The notes beneath the pieces are model-generated. The model was not told the DNA's origin and did no database searches. It worked only from the letters and a program-made list of their open reading frames with translations. A DNA stretch of 64,000 nt, from assembly GCF_032116555.1 (NCBI RefSeq), contig NZ_CP134949.1:992001-1056000 (forward strand), given 5' to 3'. Numbering within the stretch: the stretch's first letter is position 1; every line of letters starts with the position of its first letter. Of this stretch, positions 49,528-58,130 are shown one piece after another. The DNA is from Halorarum halobium (lineage in GTDB: Archaea > Halobacteriota > Halobacteria > Halobacteriales > Haloferacaceae). Position numbers and translations under genes: made by a program.

Positions 49528-50661
49528 ATGTCAGAGGACGAAGCGTCGGCCGACCCCGAGCTAGACATCGACACGTTCGAGGAGTGGCTGACACGCGTCG
49601 CGGACTCGCGTGACTCCTCCGAGGGCGCGGTGCTGGATCGGATGATGTCCTCCTACTGGGTCCTGGACGAGCTCGAGGAGCTCCTCGAAAGCCGCGCGAC
49701 GGGCGCCGACCTCGACGTGGGTTCGGCTCCGGACCGTTCCTCGGCCGAGGAGGTGGCGTCCTCCGGCGACCCCGCGGACGTTCCCCTCGACGAGCTTCGG
49801 GAGACGGTCGAATCGGTCCTGTCCGAGGCCGACCTGCCGACGGCCGACCCGTCATCGTCGCCCGAGGGCGGCGAGCGGGACGCGGACGTGACCCGCCGGA
49901 TGGACACGCTCGGGCGCGAACTCGCGTCGCTCACGTGGGAGGTCGACCGCCTGGCGGACCGGCAGGACGAGCAGGCCGAGTCGCTGGCCGCCACGAGAGA
50001 GCGACTCTCGGAGGCGGCCGCGAGGATGGAAGAGGAGCAGGAAGCATCCGTCGCCGCGGTCGAGTCGGCCGTTCGATCGCTCACCGAGCGCGTCGAGGCC
50101 GTCGAGGACGAACAGCGGGAGGTCCGTGGAAACCTCACCGAGGACCTCACGCACGTCGAGGAGGTGCTCCGTTACCTGGTCGAGCGGACGAACGAGTTCG
50201 ACGACCGGCTGGAGCGCCTGGATCGGAAGCTCGAACGCGAACTCGACGTAATCCGGGAAGGCCAGACCGGCCAGCAGGAACTCGCCGACCTCATGCGGAG
50301 CGCGGCCGAACACGGGATCGACGGGGCGACGTGTGCGGACTGTGACGGCCGCGTCGAACTCGGCCTGCTCGTCGAACCGCGGTGTCCCCACTGCTCGTCG
50401 CCGATCGTCGACGTGACGCCGAAGACGGGCTGGTTCGGCTCCGCGACGCTGGAGACGGCCGCCGGCCCGGCCGGACCGGACCGATCCGGGCACTCGACCC
50501 GGCGAGTGCGGGGACGACGGGACGACGACGGTGAACTGACCCCGCCCGACGTCGACCTCGACGGAACGGACTCGACGCGGGAGGACGCTCCCGACGGAGG
50601 GAACGGCACCGGTAATTCGGACGCGAGTGACCCGTCGCCGTCCGAAACGACCGATGAGTGA
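49528..50661 (+). CDS. Coiled-coil protein with C-terminal Zn ribbon
   Basis: Long acidic heptad region; CADC...CPHC; GWFGS. Confidence 0.75.
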   Translation: MSEDEASADPELDIDTFEEWLTRVADSRDSSEGAVLDRMMSSYWVLDELEELLESRATGADLDVGSAPDRSSAEEVASSGDPADVPLDELRETVESVLSEADLPTADPSSSPEGGERDADVTRRMDTLGRELASLTWEVDRLADRQDEQAESLAATRERLSEAAARMEEEQEASVAAVESAVRSLTERVEAVEDEQREVRGNLTEDLTHVEEVLRYLVERTNEFDDRLERLDRKLERELDVIREGQTGQQELADLMRSAAEHGIDGATCADCDGRVELGLLVEPRCPHCSSPIVDVTPKTGWFGSATLETAAGPAGPDRSGHSTRRVRGRRDDDGELTPPDVDLDGTDSTREDAPDGGNGTGNSDASDPSPSETTDE

Positions 50662-50810
50662 GACGTCCCCGTCCGCAATGTGTAGCTCCGCCGCGGGGCG
50701 GTTCGTTCCCCCCACGAGCGTCGCCGGGCCGGGTCGGGCCGGTACGGACTCCCCCCGACCCGGACGGGACGGACGCGGATCGACGTCGAACCGGTCAGGA
50801 GGCTCCTCCC

Positions 50811-51629
50811 ATGTCAGGTGACGACTCCACGGACGGTGTGGGCAGCGAGGACGAGACGAGGGCCTCGCTCGCGGAGCTTGCCGACTCAGTCTCGAACCGG
50901 TCCCGGAAGGAGTCCTCGCCTGTACCCAGTTTGAACCTGAGCGACTCCGGGACGGCGGCCGGGGACTCGTTCGAGTGGGTCCAGTCCGGGGACGACCGCA
51001 CCTCGCCGCCGACCGACCCGACGACCGACGTCGGCGACGAGTCGAACGTGCTGGTGCTCGGTCCGCTCACGGGAGCCGATCACGACCGGCACTGTACGAA
51101 CCTGCTCAGTAGCGGCACCACGACCCCCGAGAACGTCCTCTTCGTGACGCTGACCCGCACCGCGACCGAACGCTGGAACACGTGGCGGCGATACACGGAC
51201 GAACAGCCGGCCAACCTGTGCGTGCTCAGCGTGGGCGAACGGACCCGGGGCGCGACGCGCTCGTCGGTCACCACGGCGAACGCCGGGTCGGGGACGATCC
51301 GGACGGAGACGCTCTCGGACGCCTCGGATCTCACCAGGCTCGGGATCAAGATCAACAAACTGCTCAAGGAGTGGAGTGACAGCCCGGGGCAGTCGAGGCT
51401 CTGTCTCCACTCGCTGACGGAGCTGCTCCAGTACACGGACCCCCAGCGGCTGTTCCGGTTCGTCCACGTCCTCCAGGGGCGCGTCGACTCGCTGGACGCG
51501 ACCGCCCACTATCACCTCTACCCGGACGCACACGACGACCAGACCGTCGCGGTGTTCAGGACGCTGTTCGACACCGTGGCACGCGTGACCGAGGGGGGCG
51601 AGCTTGTCGTCGAGTCGGGTTCCGACTGA
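50811..51629 (+). CDS. DUF7504-like degenerate RecA/KaiC-fold protein
   Basis: NVLVLGP, DLTRLGI, LCLHSLTELLQY...FRFVHVL...AHYHL...LFD; no intact Walker A. Confidence 0.72.
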   Translation: MSGDDSTDGVGSEDETRASLAELADSVSNRSRKESSPVPSLNLSDSGTAAGDSFEWVQSGDDRTSPPTDPTTDVGDESNVLVLGPLTGADHDRHCTNLLSSGTTTPENVLFVTLTRTATERWNTWRRYTDEQPANLCVLSVGERTRGATRSSVTTANAGSGTIRTETLSDASDLTRLGIKINKLLKEWSDSPGQSRLCLHSLTELLQYTDPQRLFRFVHVLQGRVDSLDATAHYHLYPDAHDDQTVAVFRTLFDTVARVTEGGELVVESGSD

Positions 51630-51689
51630 GATGGAGAGCCCGCGCCGCCGTCCGGACCTTTGCCCATCGAGGAGTCCGAGGACCGCCGG

Positions 51690-52265
51690 TCAGTCGTCCG
51701 TCCGCAGCTCCGGCGGCGGACCGTCGTCGCCGATCCGCATCTGCCGGCTGTAGTAGAGCTGGACGAACGCGGACACGCCGAAGGAGACCAGCACGACGCC
51801 GCCCCACGCGAGGTCCGGGAGCGCGTCGAACGGTCTGACCTCGTACCACGCGAGCCCGAGCAGGACGGCGTTCGCCAGGGTGAGTCCGGCGTAGAAGATG
51901 CTCCACGGGATGCTCTCCTTCGGGACGACCTCCAGATAGAGGTCCACGCCGCTCATCGAGTCGCTCAGCTCGACGGTTCCGGCCTCCGAATCGTACTCGA
52001 CGAGCCCCTGTTTGTCCATCGTCGACAGATGGGACTGGTAAAGCGAGATGTACACCCGCTTTCGCTCCTGGGAGGTGAGCGCCTCGATCGACTTCCCGTT
52101 CTCCCAGGCGGCCACCTGTTCGGCGAGTTCCTGGACCGAGACGGGTTCGTTCCGCTGTTTCAGGTGGTGCAGGGCGTACCGACGCCTGGTGTCCGAGAGC
52201 GCGCTGTACAGCGCGGTTTCCGCGAGTGGTTCCTGGCGCGTGGAGTCAGGTTGATCGAGGGACAT
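51690..52265 (-). CDS. DUF7344-like wHTH protein with two C-terminal TM helices (membrane-tethered regulator)
   Basis: LSDTRRRYALHHL, LAEQVAAWEN, RKRVYISLYQSHL; hydrophobic C-terminus. Confidence 0.85.
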   Translation of the reverse strand: MSLDQPDSTRQEPLAETALYSALSDTRRRYALHHLKQRNEPVSVQELAEQVAAWENGKSIEALTSQERKRVYISLYQSHLSTMDKQGLVEYDSEAGTVELSDSMSGVDLYLEVVPKESIPWSIFYAGLTLANAVLLGLAWYEVRPFDALPDLAWGGVVLVSFGVSAFVQLYYSRQMRIGDDGPPPELRTDD

Positions 52266-52396
52266 TGCAGACGTCGAAGAGGTTTCGTGCCCGCGAGTCG
52301 GTCGTATCGTGCCGTAAAGGTTGCCGTTCGTACGTGTTCGACGGACGTGGACCGATCGCGACCGAACCGAATCGAGTGGCTTAACGACCCGTTTAA

Positions 52397-52535
52397 CCCG
52401 GTTTAGGAGGTCCTAACCGGAAAGTAGGGAGGTCTTACAAAGGGGGTGGGTGGTGTACGGCTGAGTAAGCCTCGCCGTGCCAGCACGGACGTGCTGGCGT
52501 GTGTGGGCGATAACCAACAAGGAGATCACGATACA
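52397..52535 (+). promoter_or_regulatory. Operator-like palindrome, 5'-UTR hairpin and Shine-Dalgarno upstream of the pilin-like gene
   Basis: CCGGTTTAGGA-GG-TCCTAACCGG; GCCAGCACG-GA-CGTGCTGGC; AAGGAGAT about 10 nt before ATG 52536. Confidence 0.55.
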
Positions 52536-53042
52536 ATGAGACCCAAAGGAAAACTGTTCGCGCTGCTCGCGGTGTTCGCTGCAATCGGCCTCGTCACCGC
52601 GTCGGGCGCGTTTACGACGGTGAGTGCGGAACGGACTGCCACGGTGAACGTTGCTGGCGACTCGAGCGCGTTGCTCCAGTTACAAGGTAACAGCACGTAC
52701 GCAACCACTGACGGTGGGCAGAACGGTGGAGAGCTGACGCTTAATTTCGACACGGATGCAGGCGCATCGGGCCTAAACCAGAACGCCACGACCGAGGTAA
52801 ACCATGTGTTCAACATCACGAACCAGGGGAGCCAGAACGTCATTATCGACATCGGAGTGCAGAACGACTCCGATGCGGATTCGTTCGCCTTCTTTGATGG
52901 GAACGACGATAGCAGCATCAATGGCACAGAGCTTGGACCAGGTGACTCTGTCAGTGTTGGGATGGAAATAATCACTGACGGGGACGGAAACGACTTCAAC
53001 GTGGACTTTACCATCGTCGCCGACGCTGAGGAGACAGCCTAA
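52536..53042 (+). CDS. DUF1102/TasA-like secreted pilin-like protein (putative major filament subunit)
   Basis: Signal peptide ending ASGA|FTTVSAERTATVNVAGDSSALL; VFNITNQG; LGPGDSVSVG; no TM anchor. Confidence 0.78.
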   Translation: MRPKGKLFALLAVFAAIGLVTASGAFTTVSAERTATVNVAGDSSALLQLQGNSTYATTDGGQNGGELTLNFDTDAGASGLNQNATTEVNHVFNITNQGSQNVIIDIGVQNDSDADSFAFFDGNDDSSINGTELGPGDSVSVGMEIITDGDGNDFNVDFTIVADAEETA

Positions 53043-53152
53043 ACTACCTCCTTCGGCCGTAGATTGCGCGGGTAGTAGCTCGAGTTCAGACAGAAACGGC
53101 CCCAGCTCGACCTTCTCGTCCGTCGACGAGCAACTGGTCCAAAACGCACGAA

Positions 53153-55273
53153 ATGAAACTCCACAGCTTCAACGCCGCGGTCCTCGCCCTCGTCCTCGTG
53201 GGACTCGTCGTCCCGACCGGGGCCGCCGTGAGCGGCGCGCTCGCCGTGGACGACCTCTGGGCCGAGAACGACGTGGTTCTCACCCCGTCGGACGGGCCGA
53301 ACGGCGAGTACGCGACCGTCGGCGAGGACGGCAACCTCTCGATCGACCTCCGGGACCCCGGCGTCAACGACGGCGGCGAGACCGTCATCGCGGACGTCGT
53401 CCGGATCGAGAATCGGGGTGAGACGGCACAGCGCGTCTGGCTCACCCACGAGGGCTCCCCGGCGGTCACGCTGGTCGACAGTTCGACCGGCGAGCCCATC
53501 GCGGGCGCGGATCACAACGTGACGCTGGTGGAGGGTGCCGCGGTCGCCGTCGGCATCCGCATCGACACCCGCGGCGAGGACACCGCCGCCGGAGACCTGC
53601 TTCTCGATTCGATCACGCTTCACGCGGCCGCCGCCGATCCGACGGAGCCGCCCGAGAACGGTTCGGACGGCGGTTCGGGAGGCGGTGGTGACGGGGATTC
53701 CGGCGCCGCGCCGGCAACGCCCGTGCCGACCGAACAGCCCACCGAAGCGCCGCCACTCGACCAGGCCAACGATTCGGACGTCGAGGTCGAGTTCGAGGAG
53801 GGGTCCCCGGACCGCAACGTCACCGTTCGGGCGATGGACCCGGACACGCTCGACGGGAACACGACCGATCCGGACCCGCGCCCACAGGCGGTCATCTCGC
53901 CGGACGACTCGGCGGGCGGCTCAGCCGGCGGTGACGGAACGGACGGTCGGACGCGCCGGATCGACAACGTCACCGTCGACGCCGTAACCACCGCGGGGGA
54001 GCCGATCACGCTCACCGGGACGCGCTCGACCGTCGATACGGTTGCCGACGTCGACTCGGACCGCCGGATCGTGAAGGTCGTGGACATCACGGCACCCCCG
54101 GGCCGGGAGAATCAGCCGGCGACCGTCCGCATGCGTGTCGCCCGTGACAAGCTCGAAGGAACGCCGCCCGAGGCCGCACGCATCGGTCACCGCACCGACA
54201 GCGGGTGGCAGCTCCTCGGGACCCGCGTGGTTTCGACGGCGGACGGCTCCGTCGTGCTGGAGGCCAGAACCGACGGCTTCAGCCCGTTCGCCGTGTTCCG
54301 GAGCCCGGGGGTCACATACGAGTGGCGGCTCCCGAACGGCACGGCCGTCTCGAAGGAGCAGCTCCGGTCGACGTTCGACGAGCCGGGCTTCTACAACGTC
54401 TCGCTCACCGTGCGGGACGCGAACGGGGACCAGGACACCACGAACTACCGGATCCTCGCCAACGACCGGCCCACCGTCACGCTCGATTCGCCCGCGAACG
54501 TCTCGGTCGGCGAGCCCGTTCCGCTCCGCGCGAACGTCTCGAACCGGTACGGGAACCACACCGTCACGTGGCACCTCCCGAACGGAACCGAGCGGACGGG
54601 CGAGGCCCTGAACTACACGTTCACCGGGGTCGAACGGACCGTGCGTGTGACGGTCCAGGACGAGTTCGGCGCGAACAGCACGACCGAGGAGACGTTCCTC
54701 GTCGGCGCGCCGGGTGCCGGCGGCGGGGGCGGACAACTCGCCGTCGTCGGCGAGAGCTTCCCGGTCGGGACGTGGCTCGCGCTCTTCGGGATCGTCGCCG
54801 GGCTGCTCGGAACCGTCTACTGGGCCAGTTCGGTCGACCTCCGGTGGGTGCTGGCGCTTCTGGGCCGCCGTTCCGGGGACGACGGTCCACGCGTTACGGC
54901 GTTCGAGAACCCCTCCTGGAACCGCCGGCTGGGACTGTTCGAGGTCGGCCACCTCCGCGTCGAGGATCCGACCGGCGATCTGGACCGGATCGACCTCGCG
55001 CTGTGTGACGGTGACGGGAACGAACTGGCCAGAAAGCGGATCGAGCCGGCACGCCCGGACGTGTACAGCGCGTCGCCCGAGCGGATCCCGGGCGTCGGGC
55101 TGTCCGCCGACGGTCCCGGCGACCTCGGGCGGGACTACTCGGTGAGCGTCCGCGCGGTGGATGCGGCCGACAACGTCGCCACGTTCAGCGGTTCCACGTT
55201 CCGAGTCGACCGGCGGGCGCCGGTTGCGACCGACGGCGGCGAGCCCGTCGACGCACGCGAGGAGTTCCGGTAA
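53153..55273 (+). CDS. Multi-domain surface protein: pilin-like N-domain, PGF-pre-PGF-like, two PKD domains, TM, C-terminal domain
   Basis: Signal peptide, GPNGEYA, ARTDGFSPFAV, YEWRLPNG...YNVSLTVRD, TWHLPNG...VTVQD, late TM helix. Confidence 0.75.
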   Translation: MKLHSFNAAVLALVLVGLVVPTGAAVSGALAVDDLWAENDVVLTPSDGPNGEYATVGEDGNLSIDLRDPGVNDGGETVIADVVRIENRGETAQRVWLTHEGSPAVTLVDSSTGEPIAGADHNVTLVEGAAVAVGIRIDTRGEDTAAGDLLLDSITLHAAAADPTEPPENGSDGGSGGGGDGDSGAAPATPVPTEQPTEAPPLDQANDSDVEVEFEEGSPDRNVTVRAMDPDTLDGNTTDPDPRPQAVISPDDSAGGSAGGDGTDGRTRRIDNVTVDAVTTAGEPITLTGTRSTVDTVADVDSDRRIVKVVDITAPPGRENQPATVRMRVARDKLEGTPPEAARIGHRTDSGWQLLGTRVVSTADGSVVLEARTDGFSPFAVFRSPGVTYEWRLPNGTAVSKEQLRSTFDEPGFYNVSLTVRDANGDQDTTNYRILANDRPTVTLDSPANVSVGEPVPLRANVSNRYGNHTVTWHLPNGTERTGEALNYTFTGVERTVRVTVQDEFGANSTTEETFLVGAPGAGGGGGQLAVVGESFPVGTWLALFGIVAGLLGTVYWASSVDLRWVLALLGRRSGDDGPRVTAFENPSWNRRLGLFEVGHLRVEDPTGDLDRIDLALCDGDGNELARKRIEPARPDVYSASPERIPGVGLSADGPGDLGRDYSVSVRAVDAADNVATFSGSTFRVDRRAPVATDGGEPVDAREEFR

Positions 55274-55377
55274 CGACCCTCTCGTACCGGGCCGCCTGCC
55301 CGGCGAACCCGGCGTAACTGGTACCCTGACGAACGGGGTCGGATACGTGCGGACGGGGCTGAAAAACCGGGACGTCT

Positions 55378-56685
55378 TCAGTCGTCGTCGTCTTCGTCCT
55401 CATCGTCGTCACCATCCTCATCGTCTTCGTCGTCGTCTTCGTCATCGCCATCGTCGTCTTCCTCCTCGTCTTCACTGTCGTGGTCGTCGTCGCCATCGTC
55501 TCCGTCGTCACCATCCTCGCCCGCTCCTCCCTCTTCGTCATCGCCGTCGCCGCCGTCGTCCTCCTCGTCACCCTCGCCCGCGACGACGGTCTTCGTGTCC
55601 GAATCCACCACGAGGCCGTCGTCGTCGACGACCTCCACGATGACGGTATACGTGTCGCCCTCCGTCCCGCCCCGCGTGTAGGTCGCCGTCCCGGTCGGCG
55701 CGCTGGTGACCGTCTTCGTCTCGGTCGCCCAGTGCTTGTCCGGGTCCGTGTGCTCGAACGTGATCCTGACCGACTGGTACTCCGCCAGGTCCGCGACCTC
55801 GTACTCGACGGTGAACTCCGTGTTGTCGTTCTCGGTGGCGTCCGAGACGGTGAACCACTCCAGGGTCGGACTCGTCGGCCTGCTCAGATCGTCGTTCCCT
55901 GCCGGGTCCTCGCCGTCGGCAACGTCCTCGATCGTCTCGGTCAGGACCAGTTCGTCCGACGCGTCGAACACCTCGATGACGACGTCGTACGGGGTTCCCT
56001 CAGTCCCGCCGTGCCAGTACGTGAGCACCCCCGCCGACTCCGTGCTCGACCGAGACTCGGTCGCCCACGATTTCGATCCCGCGACGAACTCGACCTCGAT
56101 GGAGCCGAACGACTCGACGCCCTCGACCCGGTAGGAGAGCTCGTACTCGGCGTTCGTGTCCCGCGTGAGGTCCTCGAGGACCCGCCTGAGGACGCCCACC
56201 GAGTCCACGTCGACCCGTCGCGTCTGCGTGATCGAGAGGACTCCCCCGTTCGTCGCGTCGATGGTGAACGGGAGCGCGTCGACCCCGGTCGGCCCGTTCG
56301 CCGCGAGGTCGACCTCGAAGGAGGCCGACTCGCCGGGCGCGAGGACGACCGACTGCGGGCTGAGCGACCCCTGCGACGGGTCGTCCAGCGACACCGACAC
56401 GTCGAGGTCGACGTTCGCGTTGTTCGTCGCCGTCACGAGCCGCGTGGGGCCCGAGCCGCTCTCGACGGACGGCACGACGTCGAGCCCCAGGAGCGCGTCC
56501 TCGTCGGACGCGACGCCGACGTCCGCCCCTCGATTCGACGTGACCTGCGAGAACGCCCGCGTGTTCGTCGCCAGGCCCGCTGCGCCGAACAGGACCATGC
56601 CCGCGCCCATCAGCTTTCGGCGGGAGTAGCCACTGCGGCCACCGTCGCGCCCCCGTGATGGTCGGTTCCGGTCCCGTCGGCCCAT
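55378..56685 (-). CDS. Tat-type pilin-like protein with two internal repeats and a poly-Asp/Glu tail (putative minor subunit)
   Basis: SRRKLMG..., AFSQVTSNRGADVGVASDEDALLGL resembles the N-terminal strand of 52536-53042. Confidence 0.72.
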   Translation of the reverse strand: MGRRDRNRPSRGRDGGRSGYSRRKLMGAGMVLFGAAGLATNTRAFSQVTSNRGADVGVASDEDALLGLDVVPSVESGSGPTRLVTATNNANVDLDVSVSLDDPSQGSLSPQSVVLAPGESASFEVDLAANGPTGVDALPFTIDATNGGVLSITQTRRVDVDSVGVLRRVLEDLTRDTNAEYELSYRVEGVESFGSIEVEFVAGSKSWATESRSSTESAGVLTYWHGGTEGTPYDVVIEVFDASDELVLTETIEDVADGEDPAGNDDLSRPTSPTLEWFTVSDATENDNTEFTVEYEVADLAEYQSVRITFEHTDPDKHWATETKTVTSAPTGTATYTRGGTEGDTYTVIVEVVDDDGLVVDSDTKTVVAGEGDEEDDGGDGDDEEGGAGEDGDDGDDGDDDHDSEDEEEDDDGDDEDDDEDDEDGDDDEDEDDDD

Positions 56686-57029
56686 GGCAGTAAGACATCA
56701 CTACTCGGTCTCACGGGAACTTAAACAGTGTGCCATCCGTTCGTTGCCGCGAGCGGCCGCGACGCCGCCGACCGTCTCACGGACGAGCCTCCCGGGAACG
56801 GGTTCCGCGGGGAAGCCACCCCGGCCCGGACGGCGACCGGCGTCGAAATTGTTTTGTCTCCGAGAGGTAAGGGACGGGTACGTCGAACCGATGGGCACGT
56901 CTGCAACCAGCCTGAACCCGGTGCTCGCGGGTCAGTCCCTGCCGGCAACTCCGCGGCCGGCCGGTCCTCGACCGGGTCGGGCCGGTCGGTCGAACTGCCG
57001 GACGGACGGAGAGCGACCGTTCCACCCCG

Positions 57030-58052
57030 ATGTCGAGTAGCGAGCGCGTCGACCGGTACCTGCACCAGTACGGGACGGCCGTCGTCGTCGTCCTGCTGCT
57101 GGCCGGGCTCGCCGGACTGGGGGGTGCCGCCGTGGAGTACACCGACTCGTCGACCGAGCAGGTCTCCGAGGAGGTCGACCGGCAGCAGTACGCGACGAGC
57201 GGCCGGACGAGCGCGGTCGTCACCGGGAACACGACGCTGTACGAGGCGAACGAACGGCTCGTGGACATGCCGGCGTACTTCTTCGCCGCGTCGCCGAACC
57301 TCACCGTCGCCGTCGAGACGAGCGTGCCGGCCGACCGGGAGGTGGAGGTCACCCAGCGACTGACGCTCAGGACGCGGGCGGCCAGGGAGGGACAGCAGTT
57401 CTGGGAGTCGCGGCGGCTCCTCGGTGCCGACTCCGTGACGGTGTCGGACGGTTCGCTCCGGACGAACGCCACGGTGAACATGTCGGCGGTCCGCGCGGCG
57501 CTCAACGAGAAACGGGCCGCCATCGGCACCGTCGGCACGCTGGACACGCGGCTGGTGGTGAACGTCACGTACGAATCGGACCTGTACTCCGGGTCGCTCA
57601 CCGCGGAGGCGCCGGTCGTCCTGACCGACCGCGCCTACTGGCTCGGGTCGGACCTCTCCGCGTCCCAGCCCCACAGCAGGACCGTGACCCGACAGGTCAC
57701 CGAACCGCCCAACCTGCCGCTCGCCGGGGGGCTCGCGGCCGCCGGCCTGGTGGCGCTGGTGCTGGCCGGGGCAGTCTGGAACCGGTCACAGTCGATCGAC
57801 GAAAGCGCGCTCGGGACGACGGTCGCCCGAGCGCGGTTCGAGGAGTGGATCTCCGACGGCGAGATCCCGACGAAAACCGGGAAGGAGTACACCCGGACCG
57901 ACTCGCTCGAGGACCTCGTCGACATCGGCATCGACTCCGGCAAGCGGGTCATCTACGACGACGAACTCGACGCCTACGCCGTCATCGAGGGCGACGTCGT
58001 CCACTACTACACGACGGGTGACGAGGACATCACCGACTGGTTCGACGTGTGA
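57030..58052 (+). CDS. DUF5305 family membrane protein
   Basis: N-terminal TM, SAVVTGNTTLYE...PAYF, second TM, FEEWISDG, SLEDLVDIGIDSGKRVI. Confidence 0.82.
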   Translation: MSSSERVDRYLHQYGTAVVVVLLLAGLAGLGGAAVEYTDSSTEQVSEEVDRQQYATSGRTSAVVTGNTTLYEANERLVDMPAYFFAASPNLTVAVETSVPADREVEVTQRLTLRTRAAREGQQFWESRRLLGADSVTVSDGSLRTNATVNMSAVRAALNEKRAAIGTVGTLDTRLVVNVTYESDLYSGSLTAEAPVVLTDRAYWLGSDLSASQPHSRTVTRQVTEPPNLPLAGGLAAAGLVALVLAGAVWNRSQSIDESALGTTVARARFEEWISDGEIPTKTGKEYTRTDSLEDLVDIGIDSGKRVIYDDELDAYAVIEGDVVHYYTTGDEDITDWFDV

Positions 58053-58130
58053 GTTCGGCGCGGTTTCGCCTGCTCGAACGGCAGTACCGACTGGGGATGT
58101 TTTCCCCGATCCGGCCGTCCCGGGGGCCGC

